From the NCBI GenBank assembly GCA_031458695.1, contig JAVKJW010000018.1, positions 1 to 45,332 on the forward strand: a stretch of DNA of 45,332 nt, written 5' to 3'. Below are positions 36,210-44,949 of the stretch, one piece after another. Every line of letters starts with the position of its first letter. Position 1 is the first letter of the stretch. This DNA is from Candidatus Thermofontivivens primus (GTDB taxonomy: Bacteria > Sysuimicrobiota > Sysuimicrobiia > Sysuimicrobiales > Thermofontiviventaceae). Under the pieces are notes generated by a model. That model was not told the DNA's origin. It searched no databases and saw only the letters and a program-made list of their open reading frames with translations. A program made the position numbers and the translations under genes.

Positions 36210-37895
36210 TTACATCCGCGACCACTTCCACTGCACGGCGTTCCAGGTCACAGGCGTCGTGATCCCGGTCGGGAGCCAAGGCTCAAGCGCTGCCTTGTGA
36301 GTGGTGTAGTCAGACCTCAAGTACAGCGGCAACGCCGGGAGATCCTCGACCAGGATTTCCTGGACCCTTTGGAGCAGTTGAATTCGCTTCCGCTCATCCA
36401 GCTCTTCGCCGATGGTCGGGACGATCCTGTCCAGCTCCTCGTTCCTGTACCCTGGGAAGTTCGCCCCTGCAAAGTTGTTCGCAGGAGAGGGGATCTCCTT
36501 GGATTGATAGATGTCCACAAGGATCGAAATCGGCGAGAGGACCCAAGCAAACATTCCCAGGTCGTACTTGCGCTGGGGCAGGGTGTCCCCGAAGTAGACG
36601 CGGGCTGGCTGGTTGCTGATCTTCAGCTCGATGCCAACCTGGCGCCACTGCTGCTGGAGGATTTGCTCCACTGCCTCGCGAACGCGGTTCCCGGCGGTGG
36701 TGGTGATGGTCAGGGAGAGACGCCCCACACCCTCCTTCACCAGAATGCCATCAGGGCCTGGCCGATAGCCCGCCTCGGCAAGGAGGCGTTTCGCCCGCTC
36801 TGGATCGTAGTTGTACTTCTTCACCCGAGGGTTGTAGCCCCAGTGCTTCTCGGGGAGGAAGCTATGGGAAACGGGCTGCTTGCCTTCAAATAGGCTCCGC
36901 ACAATGGCCTCCCGATCTGCGGCATAGAGGAGGGCCTGGCGCACGCGCTTGTCCTTGAGGTGTGGGTTGTCCAGGTTCACGTCGATGTGCTCCCAGATTA
37001 GACCCGGAGTTGGTTCGGCGATGATGTCCCTACGCCCCTCCGCCTTCAGCCTCTTCTCCAGCTCCAGACCTTGGGCGAAGGGGATAGCCGTCTCATCCGT
37101 GGCATCCGTAGCCCCTGCCAGGACGTTGGCGATGATGGTGTTGGTGTCCGAGATGAACCGGAAAGTGATGCGCTTGATGGTGGGCTTCTGGAATGGCCAC
37201 TTGTCAAACGCCTCCACGACGATATGGCTCCCCTTGCGCCACTCTTTCAGGACATAGGGGCCGTTACCAACCGTGGGGACAGCATTACTCCAAGGGATCT
37301 GGTCGAACTTGGCGGGGTTGCGTCGGAAGTCGCGCTCCAGTATGTGCCTGGGAAGGGGGAACCCGCCGTCGTTGCTGACAAAGAGGTTTCCGCGGAAGTC
37401 CTTCTTCTTCCAAACAGTCACTACGGTATAGGGGTCCGGAGCAGAAACGTTCTCAATGCGTTCGGCGATTTCCCGTGAGGTTGCCGGAAACTCCGGATGG
37501 ATGTTGACACGATAGGCGAAGATCCAGTCGTAGGCGGTGACGGGCTTCCCATCGTGCCAGAGCAACCCCTTCTTGAGTCTCCAGCGGACCTCCATCTTCC
37601 CATCAGGGCGGATCTTCCAGTCACCATCTTTTAAGGAAGGGAGCTTCTCGACGCCCCAGGGAGTTGGCTTCCATTTATTGTCAAAATAAATATCCCCGGT
37701 GAAAATCGTAAAACGCACCATGCTGGCGACAAACATATTGCCCGCATTGCTCAGGGGATCCAAGCGGGCTGGCTCCTGCTGGGTGGTGATGATCACATCT
37801 GTTCTCTGTGCCTGAGCCCCTGCCAGCGGGACGATGGTAATTGCCATCGCTGCTACCAGCAGGAGCATCAGCCAAGTCCACTTTGTCTTCACCAT
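36210..37895 (-). CDS. Family-5 ABC substrate-binding protein, module 2
   Basis: Signal peptide (AGA|Q), WHDGKPVTA, GNGPY and VRQALLYAADRE. Confidence 0.93.
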   Translation of the reverse strand: MVKTKWTWLMLLLVAAMAITIVPLAGAQAQRTDVIITTQQEPARLDPLSNAGNMFVASMVRFTIFTGDIYFDNKWKPTPWGVEKLPSLKDGDWKIRPDGKMEVRWRLKKGLLWHDGKPVTAYDWIFAYRVNIHPEFPATSREIAERIENVSAPDPYTVVTVWKKKDFRGNLFVSNDGGFPLPRHILERDFRRNPAKFDQIPWSNAVPTVGNGPYVLKEWRKGSHIVVEAFDKWPFQKPTIKRITFRFISDTNTIIANVLAGATDATDETAIPFAQGLELEKRLKAEGRRDIIAEPTPGLIWEHIDVNLDNPHLKDKRVRQALLYAADREAIVRSLFEGKQPVSHSFLPEKHWGYNPRVKKYNYDPERAKRLLAEAGYRPGPDGILVKEGVGRLSLTITTTAGNRVREAVEQILQQQWRQVGIELKISNQPARVYFGDTLPQRKYDLGMFAWVLSPISILVDIYQSKEIPSPANNFAGANFPGYRNEELDRIVPTIGEELDERKRIQLLQRVQEILVEDLPALPLYLRSDYTTHKAALEPWLPTGITTPVTWNAVQWKWSRM

Positions 37896-37918
37896 TCACA
37901 CCCCTCCCATTCTGCTTT

Positions 37919-37953
37919 TCACTGATCCCTAGTCACTCATCACTGCTCACTGA
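37919..37953. repeat. 7-bp TCACTGA-type tandem repeat x5
   Basis: TCACTGA-TCCCTAG-TCACTCA-TCACTGC-TCACTGA. Confidence 0.75.
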
Positions 37954-38012
37954 TCTCCTCGGTCTCCCACCCCCTCTCACCGCTGAGTGGAACGTGTTGA
38001 GTGCCGGGGTAC

Positions 38013-38414
38013 TTAGTTGAGCCCCTTAATTACCCACTCCATAGGGTTCCCTGTTAGAGCGGCAAGGTCTTTGATTTCCGGCCGTTCTCTCCTGGGATCA
38101 TCCCCTCCGCTGTAGGGAGGGGGCGGCCCCGTCCCTACAGCTGGCCAGAGATCCGAGGGGGACTCCTTGGATCCTGTGGAGGAGGGTACAGGGACAGCAT
38201 GCCTCTCCAAGGGGAAGGAAACCTGCCCCCTTTGAGCCTGCTTGGCCGTTTCCAGAAAGGCCTCCACATCGGAGCGCCGGATCCGATAGGACTTGCCAAT
38301 TTTGGCGGCAGGGAGCTTGCCTTCCCGAATGAACTTGTAGACGGTCATTTTGCTAAGCTGGAGGTAGGCCGCTACCTGCTCGACGGTCATGATCTCTGGA
38401 TAGGGGTCACGCAT
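38013..38414 (-). CDS. Excisionase-like (HTH_17) DNA-binding protein with Pro-rich C-terminal tail
   Basis: IMTVEQVAAYLQLSKMTVYKFIREGKLPAAKIGKSYRIRRSDV. Start ATG 38414 follows GGTGAG, with TATAAA at 38439-38444. Confidence 0.88.
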   Translation of the reverse strand: MRDPYPEIMTVEQVAAYLQLSKMTVYKFIREGKLPAAKIGKSYRIRRSDVEAFLETAKQAQRGQVSFPLERHAVPVPSSTGSKESPSDLWPAVGTGPPPPYSGGDDPRRERPEIKDLAALTGNPMEWVIKGLN

Positions 38415-38523
38415 GGCCATCTCACCATCTGTGTCCATTTTATACCATCTTGTACAATTCTGCATGAACCAACAGATCCCTTCTCCCTGTTCCCAGACGA
38501 AGAAGGATCCCTTGATGGCCTCG

Positions 38524-38539
38524 CCGAAAAATTTTTCGG
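38524..38539. promoter_or_regulatory. Perfect 16-bp palindrome, candidate operator
   Basis: CCGAAAAATTTTTCGG in the divergent intergenic region. Confidence 0.5.
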
Positions 38540-38562
38540 AAATCGTAATAGGGAGGGAAAAC

Positions 38563-40314
38563 ATGAAGCAGAGAACTCTTGCCTGGTTCATTGCGGCGAG
38601 CCTCTTCCTCGGGCTCCTTACCCCTGGGGCCCTTGGGCAGAAGCTGACCCTCGGCGACGTCCCTAACCCGAAAGTCTGGACGGAAGGGGAGGTCGGCAGG
38701 TATGGGGGGACCCTTGTCGTAGGACAGATCTCCGATCCCAGGACGTTCAACCCCATCGTGACCCAGGAAACCTCTTCTTCGATCCCGCTCTCCTATGTCT
38801 TCGAGTCCCTCGTCACCCGGAATCTGGATTCCCTGGAGATCGAGCCATCTCTCGCTGAATCGTGGTCCGTCGCCAAAGACAACAAGACATGGACCTTCCG
38901 ACTACGCCGCGGGGTTCGGTGGCACGACGGGAAACCCTTGACCGCGGACGACGTCGTATTCACCTGGAAGGTCATCTTCACCCCGGGAGTACAGACGAGC
39001 GCCCGGGACGTCCTGACCATCGCTGGTAAGCCCGTGACGGTAAGGAAGATCGATACCTACACCGTCCAGTTCCGCACCCCGGACGTCTTCGGCACCTTCC
39101 TGGACGCCTTAGCAGGAGTTCCCATCGTTCCCAAGCACAAGCTGGAGGAGGCCATCAACAAGGGTGGTGCAGAGTTCAACAAGACGTGGGGGGTCAACAC
39201 TCCGCCCCGGGACCTTGTGGGAACGGGCCCCTTTGTGATGCAGCAGTACATCCCCGGGCAGCGCATTGTCTACCTGCGCAACCCCAACTACTGGGCGGTG
39301 GACAAGAAAGGGAATCGCCTCCCCTACCTCGCTCGTTTCATCATCCTTATCGTCCCAAATCTGGAGGCGCTCCGGCTGAAGTTCCAGGCAAGGGAGATAG
39401 ATATCCATGCCTTCCGACCGCGGGAGTACGCGGAGGCAAAAGCGGGGGAGAAGGCGGGGAACTACACGATCCAAGAGCGCGGGCCAGCCGCTGGGACAGA
39501 GTTCCTGGTCTTGAACCAGAACCCCAAGGGGATCAAGCCCCCCAAGCTCAACTGGTTCACCAACGTGAAGTTCCGCCAGGCCGTTTCCTACGCCATTGAC
39601 CGGGAGGCCATCGCCAACCAGATCTACGGGGGAAGGGCTGCACCCCAGTATGGCCCGGTGAGCCCGGCCAACAAGTTCTATTTCAACCCCAAGATCCGGC
39701 AGTACCCCCGTGACCTGCGCAGGGCGGAGAGCTTGTTGGCAGAGGCAGGGTTTAAGAAAGGACCTGATGGGGTCCTCCGCGACCCTGAGGGGAACCCCGT
39801 GGAGTTCGTCCTCTCCACCAACGCCGAGAACTCCGAGCGGGTGGGAATGGGCAACATCATCCGCCAGGACCTTGCCCAGCTCGGGATGAAGGTCACGTTT
39901 GCGCCTGAAGCGTTCAACGTGCTTGTGGGGAAGCTCGTCGGGACCTTTAACTGGGATGCAATCATCATCGGGCTCACAGCGGGTCCAGAACCCACTACGG
40001 GGCGGAACGTGTGGCACTCTTCTGGGAGCCTCCATATGTGGAACCCCAAGCAGGAAAAGCCGGCCACGGACTGGGAAGCGGAGATCGACCGGCTCTTCGA
40101 CCAAGCCCAGACGACCATCGATCCCAAGAAGCGCAAGGAGCTGTACGACCGGTGGCAGGTGATCGTCAGCGAGCAACTCCCCCTCATCTACTTGACGACA
40201 CCACTTACCCAGTACGCTGTACGGAACACCCTTGGAAACGTGCGTCGTTCCCCCTATGATTTCGGGGCCATTTGGAACGGCGAGCAGGTGTTCTACAAGC
40301 AGCCGTATAGATAG
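38563..40314 (+). CDS. Family-5 ABC substrate-binding protein, module 3
   Basis: Start MKQRT at 38563 after GGGAGGG; signal peptide, DPRTFNP, WTFRLRRGVRWHDG and GTGPF. Confidence 0.94.
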   Translation: MKQRTLAWFIAASLFLGLLTPGALGQKLTLGDVPNPKVWTEGEVGRYGGTLVVGQISDPRTFNPIVTQETSSSIPLSYVFESLVTRNLDSLEIEPSLAESWSVAKDNKTWTFRLRRGVRWHDGKPLTADDVVFTWKVIFTPGVQTSARDVLTIAGKPVTVRKIDTYTVQFRTPDVFGTFLDALAGVPIVPKHKLEEAINKGGAEFNKTWGVNTPPRDLVGTGPFVMQQYIPGQRIVYLRNPNYWAVDKKGNRLPYLARFIILIVPNLEALRLKFQAREIDIHAFRPREYAEAKAGEKAGNYTIQERGPAAGTEFLVLNQNPKGIKPPKLNWFTNVKFRQAVSYAIDREAIANQIYGGRAAPQYGPVSPANKFYFNPKIRQYPRDLRRAESLLAEAGFKKGPDGVLRDPEGNPVEFVLSTNAENSERVGMGNIIRQDLAQLGMKVTFAPEAFNVLVGKLVGTFNWDAIIIGLTAGPEPTTGRNVWHSSGSLHMWNPKQEKPATDWEAEIDRLFDQAQTTIDPKKRKELYDRWQVIVSEQLPLIYLTTPLTQYAVRNTLGNVRRSPYDFGAIWNGEQVFYKQPYR

Positions 40315-40395
40315 GACGTGTGACTGGTAATTGATCGTGACTCAGTGACTTATAGGAAGAGCAAGACATCATAACTCGTAGGAGCCTAGTGAAAC

Positions 40396-40424
40396 GCAGG
40401 GGCAGGATTGAAACCTGCCCCTGC
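40396..40424. repeat. REP-like perfect 11-bp stem-loop
   Basis: GCAGGGGCAGG-ATTGAAA-CCTGCCCCTGC. Confidence 0.7.
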
Positions 40425-40439
40425 AGCGGGTTAGGGAAG

Positions 40440-41405
40440 ATGGCCGCATACATCGCAAGGCGCATGGTCCACATGATCCCCCTCCTCCTGGGGATCAGCC
40501 TGGTGAGTTTTGGCGTCATGCAGCTTGCGCCTGGCGACTTCCTGGACGAGCTGAGGCTCGATCCGGTCATCTCCCCCGAGACCATTGAGCAGATGCGGGC
40601 GAGTTTCGGCCTGGACCAGCCCGCTTACGTGCAATACATCCGCTGGTTGTGGCGTATCCTTCACCTGGACTTCGGCTACTCCTTTAGCTGGAAGGTGCCT
40701 GTGACCTGGCTCATCTCCACGCGGCTATTGAACACACTGATCCTGAGCGTCTCGGCGTTGCTCTTCGCCTGGACTTTGGCTATCCCCATTGGGGTCTATG
40801 CCGCAACCCACCGGTATTCCACCGGGGACAAGATCCTGACGATCTTCGCCTTCTTGGGGATCTCCATCCCGAACTTCTTCTTCGCTCTCCTTCTCCTTTA
40901 CCTCGCCTACCTCACCGGGTGGCTCCCCATTGGGGGGATGACGAGCATCGATTTCGATTTCCTCCCTTGGTGGGGGAAGGCCCTTGACCTGGCCCGCCAC
41001 CTCGTCATCCCCACAGTGGTCCTGGGGACGGCCACCATGGCCTTGCTCATGCGCCAGATGCGCGCCCAGATGCTCGAGGTCCTGCAGCAGGACTTCATCC
41101 GCACAGCGAGGGCTAAGGGCCTCGCTGGTGCCGTGGTCACCTGGCGCCACGCCGTGCGCAACGCTATCAACCCCCTTATCAGTATCTTTGGACTAGAGCT
41201 TGGGGGGATCCTCAGCGGGGCAGCCGTCACGGAGATCGTCGTGGGATGGCCAGGGATGGGCCAGCTCACCCTCGACGCCCTGCTCAAGAAGGACTACTAC
41301 CTCGTCATGGGCATCCTGATGATGAGCAGTGTGATGCTCATCATCGGGAATCTCATAGCGGACCTCCTCCTCGCGTGGTCGGACCCGCGGATCCGGTATG
41401 ATTAG
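40440..41405 (+). CDS. Peptide ABC permease (OppB family), module 3
   Basis: MAAYIARR start at 40440, QDFIRTARAKG and DPRIRYD. Confidence 0.94.
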   Translation: MAAYIARRMVHMIPLLLGISLVSFGVMQLAPGDFLDELRLDPVISPETIEQMRASFGLDQPAYVQYIRWLWRILHLDFGYSFSWKVPVTWLISTRLLNTLILSVSALLFAWTLAIPIGVYAATHRYSTGDKILTIFAFLGISIPNFFFALLLLYLAYLTGWLPIGGMTSIDFDFLPWWGKALDLARHLVIPTVVLGTATMALLMRQMRAQMLEVLQQDFIRTARAKGLAGAVVTWRHAVRNAINPLISIFGLELGGILSGAAVTEIVVGWPGMGQLTLDALLKKDYYLVMGILMMSSVMLIIGNLIADLLLAWSDPRIRYD

Positions 41406-41503
41406 GGTCCATCACGTCATCAGGTCTATCGGGTCGTCGGGTTTTAGACCAGGTTCGACAGACGCAATGAACGCAATAAACGCAATGGACACTATGAACG
41501 CAT
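41406..41503. repeat. Two-armed 9-bp repeat filling the permease-permease gap
   Basis: Left arm GGTCCATCA-CGTCATCA-GGTCTATCG-GGTCGTCG. Right arm ACGCAATGA-ACGCAATAA-ACGCAATGG-ACACTATGA-ACGCAT, ending at the ATG. Confidence 0.8.
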
Positions 41504-42637
41504 ATGGTGCGTGAGGTTGCGAGGGAACAACGGACAGCCGCAGTGACTGCGGTCCCGGCATTGCAGGCCCGGGGGCCCTGGCAGCTCGCCTGGAGGCAGC
41601 TCCGACGCCATCAGGTCGCCATGGCCGGCGGGCTTGTGCTCCTCATCCTCTACACCACCGCCCTCCTTGCGCCGTTCCTCGCTCCTTACTCCCCCGACTT
41701 CACAGATAGGGAGCGGTTTTACCATCCTCCCACGATCCCCCGTTTCGTCGATGCCCAGGGGAGGTGGAGCCTCCGGCCATTCGTCTACGCCTACATCCGG
41801 GATGAGGCTGGCACACAGACCTTCCGCCCCGACCCAACCAAAAAGTTCTACCTCCGGTTTTTTGTGAAAGGCGAGCCCTACCGCCTTCTGTGGGTGATCC
41901 CGACGAACATCCACCTCTTTGGAGTGGATCCCCCTGGGCGGATCTTTCTCTTCGGGACTGACCAGTTCGGCCGGGACCTGTTCACCCGTGTCCTGTTCGG
42001 AGGGCAAGTCTCCCTCGTTGTCGGTCTCCTGGGGATCTCCATCAGCATCCCCGTGGGCATGCTCATCGGGGGGATCGCTGGGTTTTATGGCGGCCGTGTG
42101 GACAACCTACTCATGCGCATCGTGGAGATCGTCTTTGCCTTTCCAGGGCTCTACCTGCTCCTCGCGCTCGCGGCGGTCCTTCCGCCCACGCTGCCCTCCA
42201 CGACGCGCTTCTTCCTCATCGTCCTCGTGCTAAGCTCCATTGGGTGGGCCGGGTTTGCCCGGGTGATCCGTGGTCTCGTCCTGTCTATCCGGGAGAGGGA
42301 GTACGTCCTGGCTGCACGGGCGATTGGTACGAGCGACTTCCTCATCATCTGGAGGCACATCCTGCCAAATACCCTCTCCTACGTAATCGTGGCCGCTACC
42401 CTGGCGATCCCTGGATATATCCTGGGGGAATCCACCTTGAGCTTCCTGGGGTTGGGAGTGAGGGAGCCGCAAACAAGCTGGGGAAACCTTCTCGCGGCGG
42501 CAACGAACATCCAGGCGATGACGCTCTATCCCTGGCTCCTCATCCCCGGCCTATTCATCTTCCTCGCCGTCCTCTCCTACAATCTTTTCGGGGACGGCCT
42601 TCGCGACGCCCTCGATCCTCGCCTCCGCACGCTGTAG
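41504..42637 (+). CDS. Peptide ABC permease (OppC family), module 3
   Basis: [23 protein letters not shown] and [11 protein letters not shown]. Confidence 0.94.
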   Translation: MVREVAREQRTAAVTAVPALQARGPWQLAWRQLRRHQVAMAGGLVLLILYTTALLAPFLAPYSPDFTDRERFYHPPTIPRFVDAQGRWSLRPFVYAYIRDEAGTQTFRPDPTKKFYLRFFVKGEPYRLLWVIPTNIHLFGVDPPGRIFLFGTDQFGRDLFTRVLFGGQVSLVVGLLGISISIPVGMLIGGIAGFYGGRVDNLLMRIVEIVFAFPGLYLLLALAAVLPPTLPSTTRFFLIVLVLSSIGWAGFARVIRGLVLSIREREYVLAARAIGTSDFLIIWRHILPNTLSYVIVAATLAIPGYILGESTLSFLGLGVREPQTSWGNLLAAATNIQAMTLYPWLLIPGLFIFLAVLSYNLFGDGLRDALDPRLRTL

Positions 42638-42719
42638 GGAATTGACGCCTTTCAGGAGAGAAACCACCCTTCCAACCATGTGAGCCAGAATGTCGTTGGA
42701 GAAGGGAGTACCCTTGGCC

Positions 42720-44876
42720 CTACAATTTCTCTAACCGGGCATAACCAAGGGCCAAGCGTTTGACTCCCTCAGAGAATCGGATCGTGGCTATGGCGTTCGC
42801 TCCCTCTCCCTCCACATCAAGGACGATGCCTTCGCCGAACCTGCCATGCCGGATTCGGTCCCCAGGTTGGAGGGGGATCGCGCGATTGTCAGGTGCACGG
42901 GCAGGGGAAGGCTTCCACCCTGCCTCCACCCCACGGATCAGGAGATGGGGAGGGATCTCCGAGAGGAAACGGGACGGCAGTCTGGGTCGCACCTCCCCGT
43001 AGCTTGCGCGGTGCTGAGCGTAGGTCAGGTAAAGGAGCTCCTTTGCCCGGGTCATCCCTACGTAGCAGAGGCGTCGTTCCTCTTCAAGACCACCTTCTGC
43101 CTCCACGGCCCGAGCGTGGGGGAAGAGCCCCTCCTCCATCCCCGCGATAAAAACCACGGGGAATTCTAGTCCTTTGGCGCTGTGCAAGGTCATCAAGGTG
43201 ACCCGATCACTTTCCGCCTTCCAGGTATCGATATCGGCGATGAGGCTCATGTGCTGGAGGAAGGCTTCCAATCCCTCCTCACCAGTAGCGGCCTCGAACT
43301 CACGAGCTACGTTGATGAGCTCCTGGATATTCTCAAGGCGGGAAGCTGCTTCTTCTGTCCCCTCCTCCTCTAAGGAAGAAGCATAGCCCGTCCTGGCGAG
43401 GACCTCCTGAATGAGATCCGCCGCGCTTACCTGTGTAGCCAGCTTGCGGAGCTCGGCAATCAAGTTGACGAATTCCCCTAGACTTCGCAGGATGTGGGGC
43501 GGGATTTCCAGGGAGCGTCCAGGACTGCCGGTTCCGGTGGCACGGGCCATCGCGTCAAGGAGGGAGATTCCCTCCTCCTGCGCAAGCGCCTCTAAACGGC
43601 CCAAGGTCACCTCACCGATCCCCCTCCGGGGAACGTTGATGATACGGCGCAGGCTCACGGTATCATAGGGATTCAGGAGCAGGCGAAGGTAAGCAAGGAT
43701 GTCCTTGATCTCCTTCCGTTCGTAGAACCGGACTGCGCCGACGATCTGATACGGGATTCCCGCCCGCAGGAAGTGCTCCTCGAATAAGCGGGACTGCGCA
43801 TTGGTCCTGTACAGCACGACGATGTCCCGATAGCTCCGCCCTTCCTCCAAGAGGCGCTTGATCTCTTCGGCCACGAACTGGGCTTCCTCGTGTCCATCGT
43901 AGGCTTCGAACAGGACGAGCGGTTTCCCTGGCGGGTTCTCGGTCCACAAGCGCTTGGGGTGACGGTGGGGGTTGTGGTGAATCACGCCCTGTGCGCCCTC
44001 CAGGATCCTCTGGGTGGAGCGGTAGTTCTGCTCCAGCTTGATGATCTTTGCATCGGGATAGTCGCGCTCGAACTCTAGGATATTGCGGGGATCGGCACCC
44101 CGGAACTGGTAGATGCTCTGGTCGTCGTCCCCTACCACGCACAGGTTTCGGTGTTTCCCTGCCAGCATGTGCACGATGAGGTACTGGGCATGGTTGGTAT
44201 CTTGGTACTCGTCCACCAAAACGTGCAGGAACCGCTCCTGGTACTCCGCAAGGACATCCGGGTGCTCTTGGAAGAGCTGAATGGTGAAGAGAAGGAGATC
44301 GTCAAAATCTACCGCATGCCTCTCTCCCAGAGCCGCCTGGTAGGCGCGGTAGACCCGGGCGACAACCTCCTCGTAGAAAGTCTGAGCCTGCAGGGCGTAC
44401 TGGATGTGATCGATCCCCTCGTTCTTCGCCTTGCCGATGGCTGCCAGCATCGCCTGGGGAGGGTAGCGGCGTTCCTCCAGATTCAGGTCAGAGAGTACCT
44501 TGCGCATCAGAGCCAGCTGATCTCCTTCATCGTAGATGACGAAATGGCGATCGAGCCCGATCCTGTCCCCATGGCGCCGGAGAAGCCTGCTCGCGATGGC
44601 GTGGAAGGTCCCGATCCACATGTGCTCGCTCACTGCCTTCCCCAAGAGACGGTCGATGCGCTCCCGCATCTCCCCGGCAGCCTTATTGGTGAAGGTCACA
44701 GCCAGAATCCGGTGCGGGCTGACTTGAAGCCATCGGATAAGGTAGGCCGCGCGGTATGCCAGGACGCGGGTCTTCCCCGAACCTGCTCCAGCGAGGATCA
44801 GGAGAGGTCCACCAGTGTAGGTCACCGCCTCGCGCTGAGGCGGATTGAGGTCTGCAAGGAGTTCAGCAATCTCCAT
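42720..44876 (-). CDS. pcrA: ATP-dependent DNA helicase PcrA/UvrD
   Basis: AGAGSGKT, TFTNKAA, DEYQD, GDDDQSIY, QNYRS, HSAKGLEF, EERRLCYVGMTRA and a C-terminal Tudor-like domain. Confidence 0.96.
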   Translation of the reverse strand: MEIAELLADLNPPQREAVTYTGGPLLILAGAGSGKTRVLAYRAAYLIRWLQVSPHRILAVTFTNKAAGEMRERIDRLLGKAVSEHMWIGTFHAIASRLLRRHGDRIGLDRHFVIYDEGDQLALMRKVLSDLNLEERRYPPQAMLAAIGKAKNEGIDHIQYALQAQTFYEEVVARVYRAYQAALGERHAVDFDDLLLFTIQLFQEHPDVLAEYQERFLHVLVDEYQDTNHAQYLIVHMLAGKHRNLCVVGDDDQSIYQFRGADPRNILEFERDYPDAKIIKLEQNYRSTQRILEGAQGVIHHNPHRHPKRLWTENPPGKPLVLFEAYDGHEEAQFVAEEIKRLLEEGRSYRDIVVLYRTNAQSRLFEEHFLRAGIPYQIVGAVRFYERKEIKDILAYLRLLLNPYDTVSLRRIINVPRRGIGEVTLGRLEALAQEEGISLLDAMARATGTGSPGRSLEIPPHILRSLGEFVNLIAELRKLATQVSAADLIQEVLARTGYASSLEEEGTEEAASRLENIQELINVAREFEAATGEEGLEAFLQHMSLIADIDTWKAESDRVTLMTLHSAKGLEFPVVFIAGMEEGLFPHARAVEAEGGLEEERRLCYVGMTRAKELLYLTYAQHRASYGEVRPRLPSRFLSEIPPHLLIRGVEAGWKPSPARAPDNRAIPLQPGDRIRHGRFGEGIVLDVEGEGANAIATIRFSEGVKRLALGYARLEKL

Positions 44877-44881
44877 GGTCG

Positions 44882-44949
44882 GGTGTCAGGTCCCAGGTGT
44901 CAGGTTCTCGTATAGACGCGATAAACGCGATGAACGCGATGAACGCGAT
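44882..44949. repeat. Compound 7-bp + 9-bp tandem repeats in the guaA-pcrA gap
   Basis: GGTGTCA-GGTCCCA-GGTGTCA-GGTTCTC, then ACGCGATAA-ACGCGATGA-ACGCGATGA-ACGCGAT. Confidence 0.88.

Noticed and set aside
38013..38414. Prophage/ICE excisionase marking a mobile element
   Set aside because: There is no integrase, att repeat or compositional shift nearby.
38530..38545. CodY box
   Set aside because: About five mismatches to AATTTTCWGAAAATT. It is kept only as an unassigned palindrome.
3327..44915. Long opposite-strand ORFs (e.g. 7170-8471, 5754-6755, 29394-30491, 39109-40176)
   Set aside because: They are shadow frames of well-identified genes, expected at high GC, and have no recognisable motifs.
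28671..44949. CRISPR array interpretation of the short repeats
   Set aside because: The units are 7-9 bp and contiguous, with no unique spacers and no cas genes.
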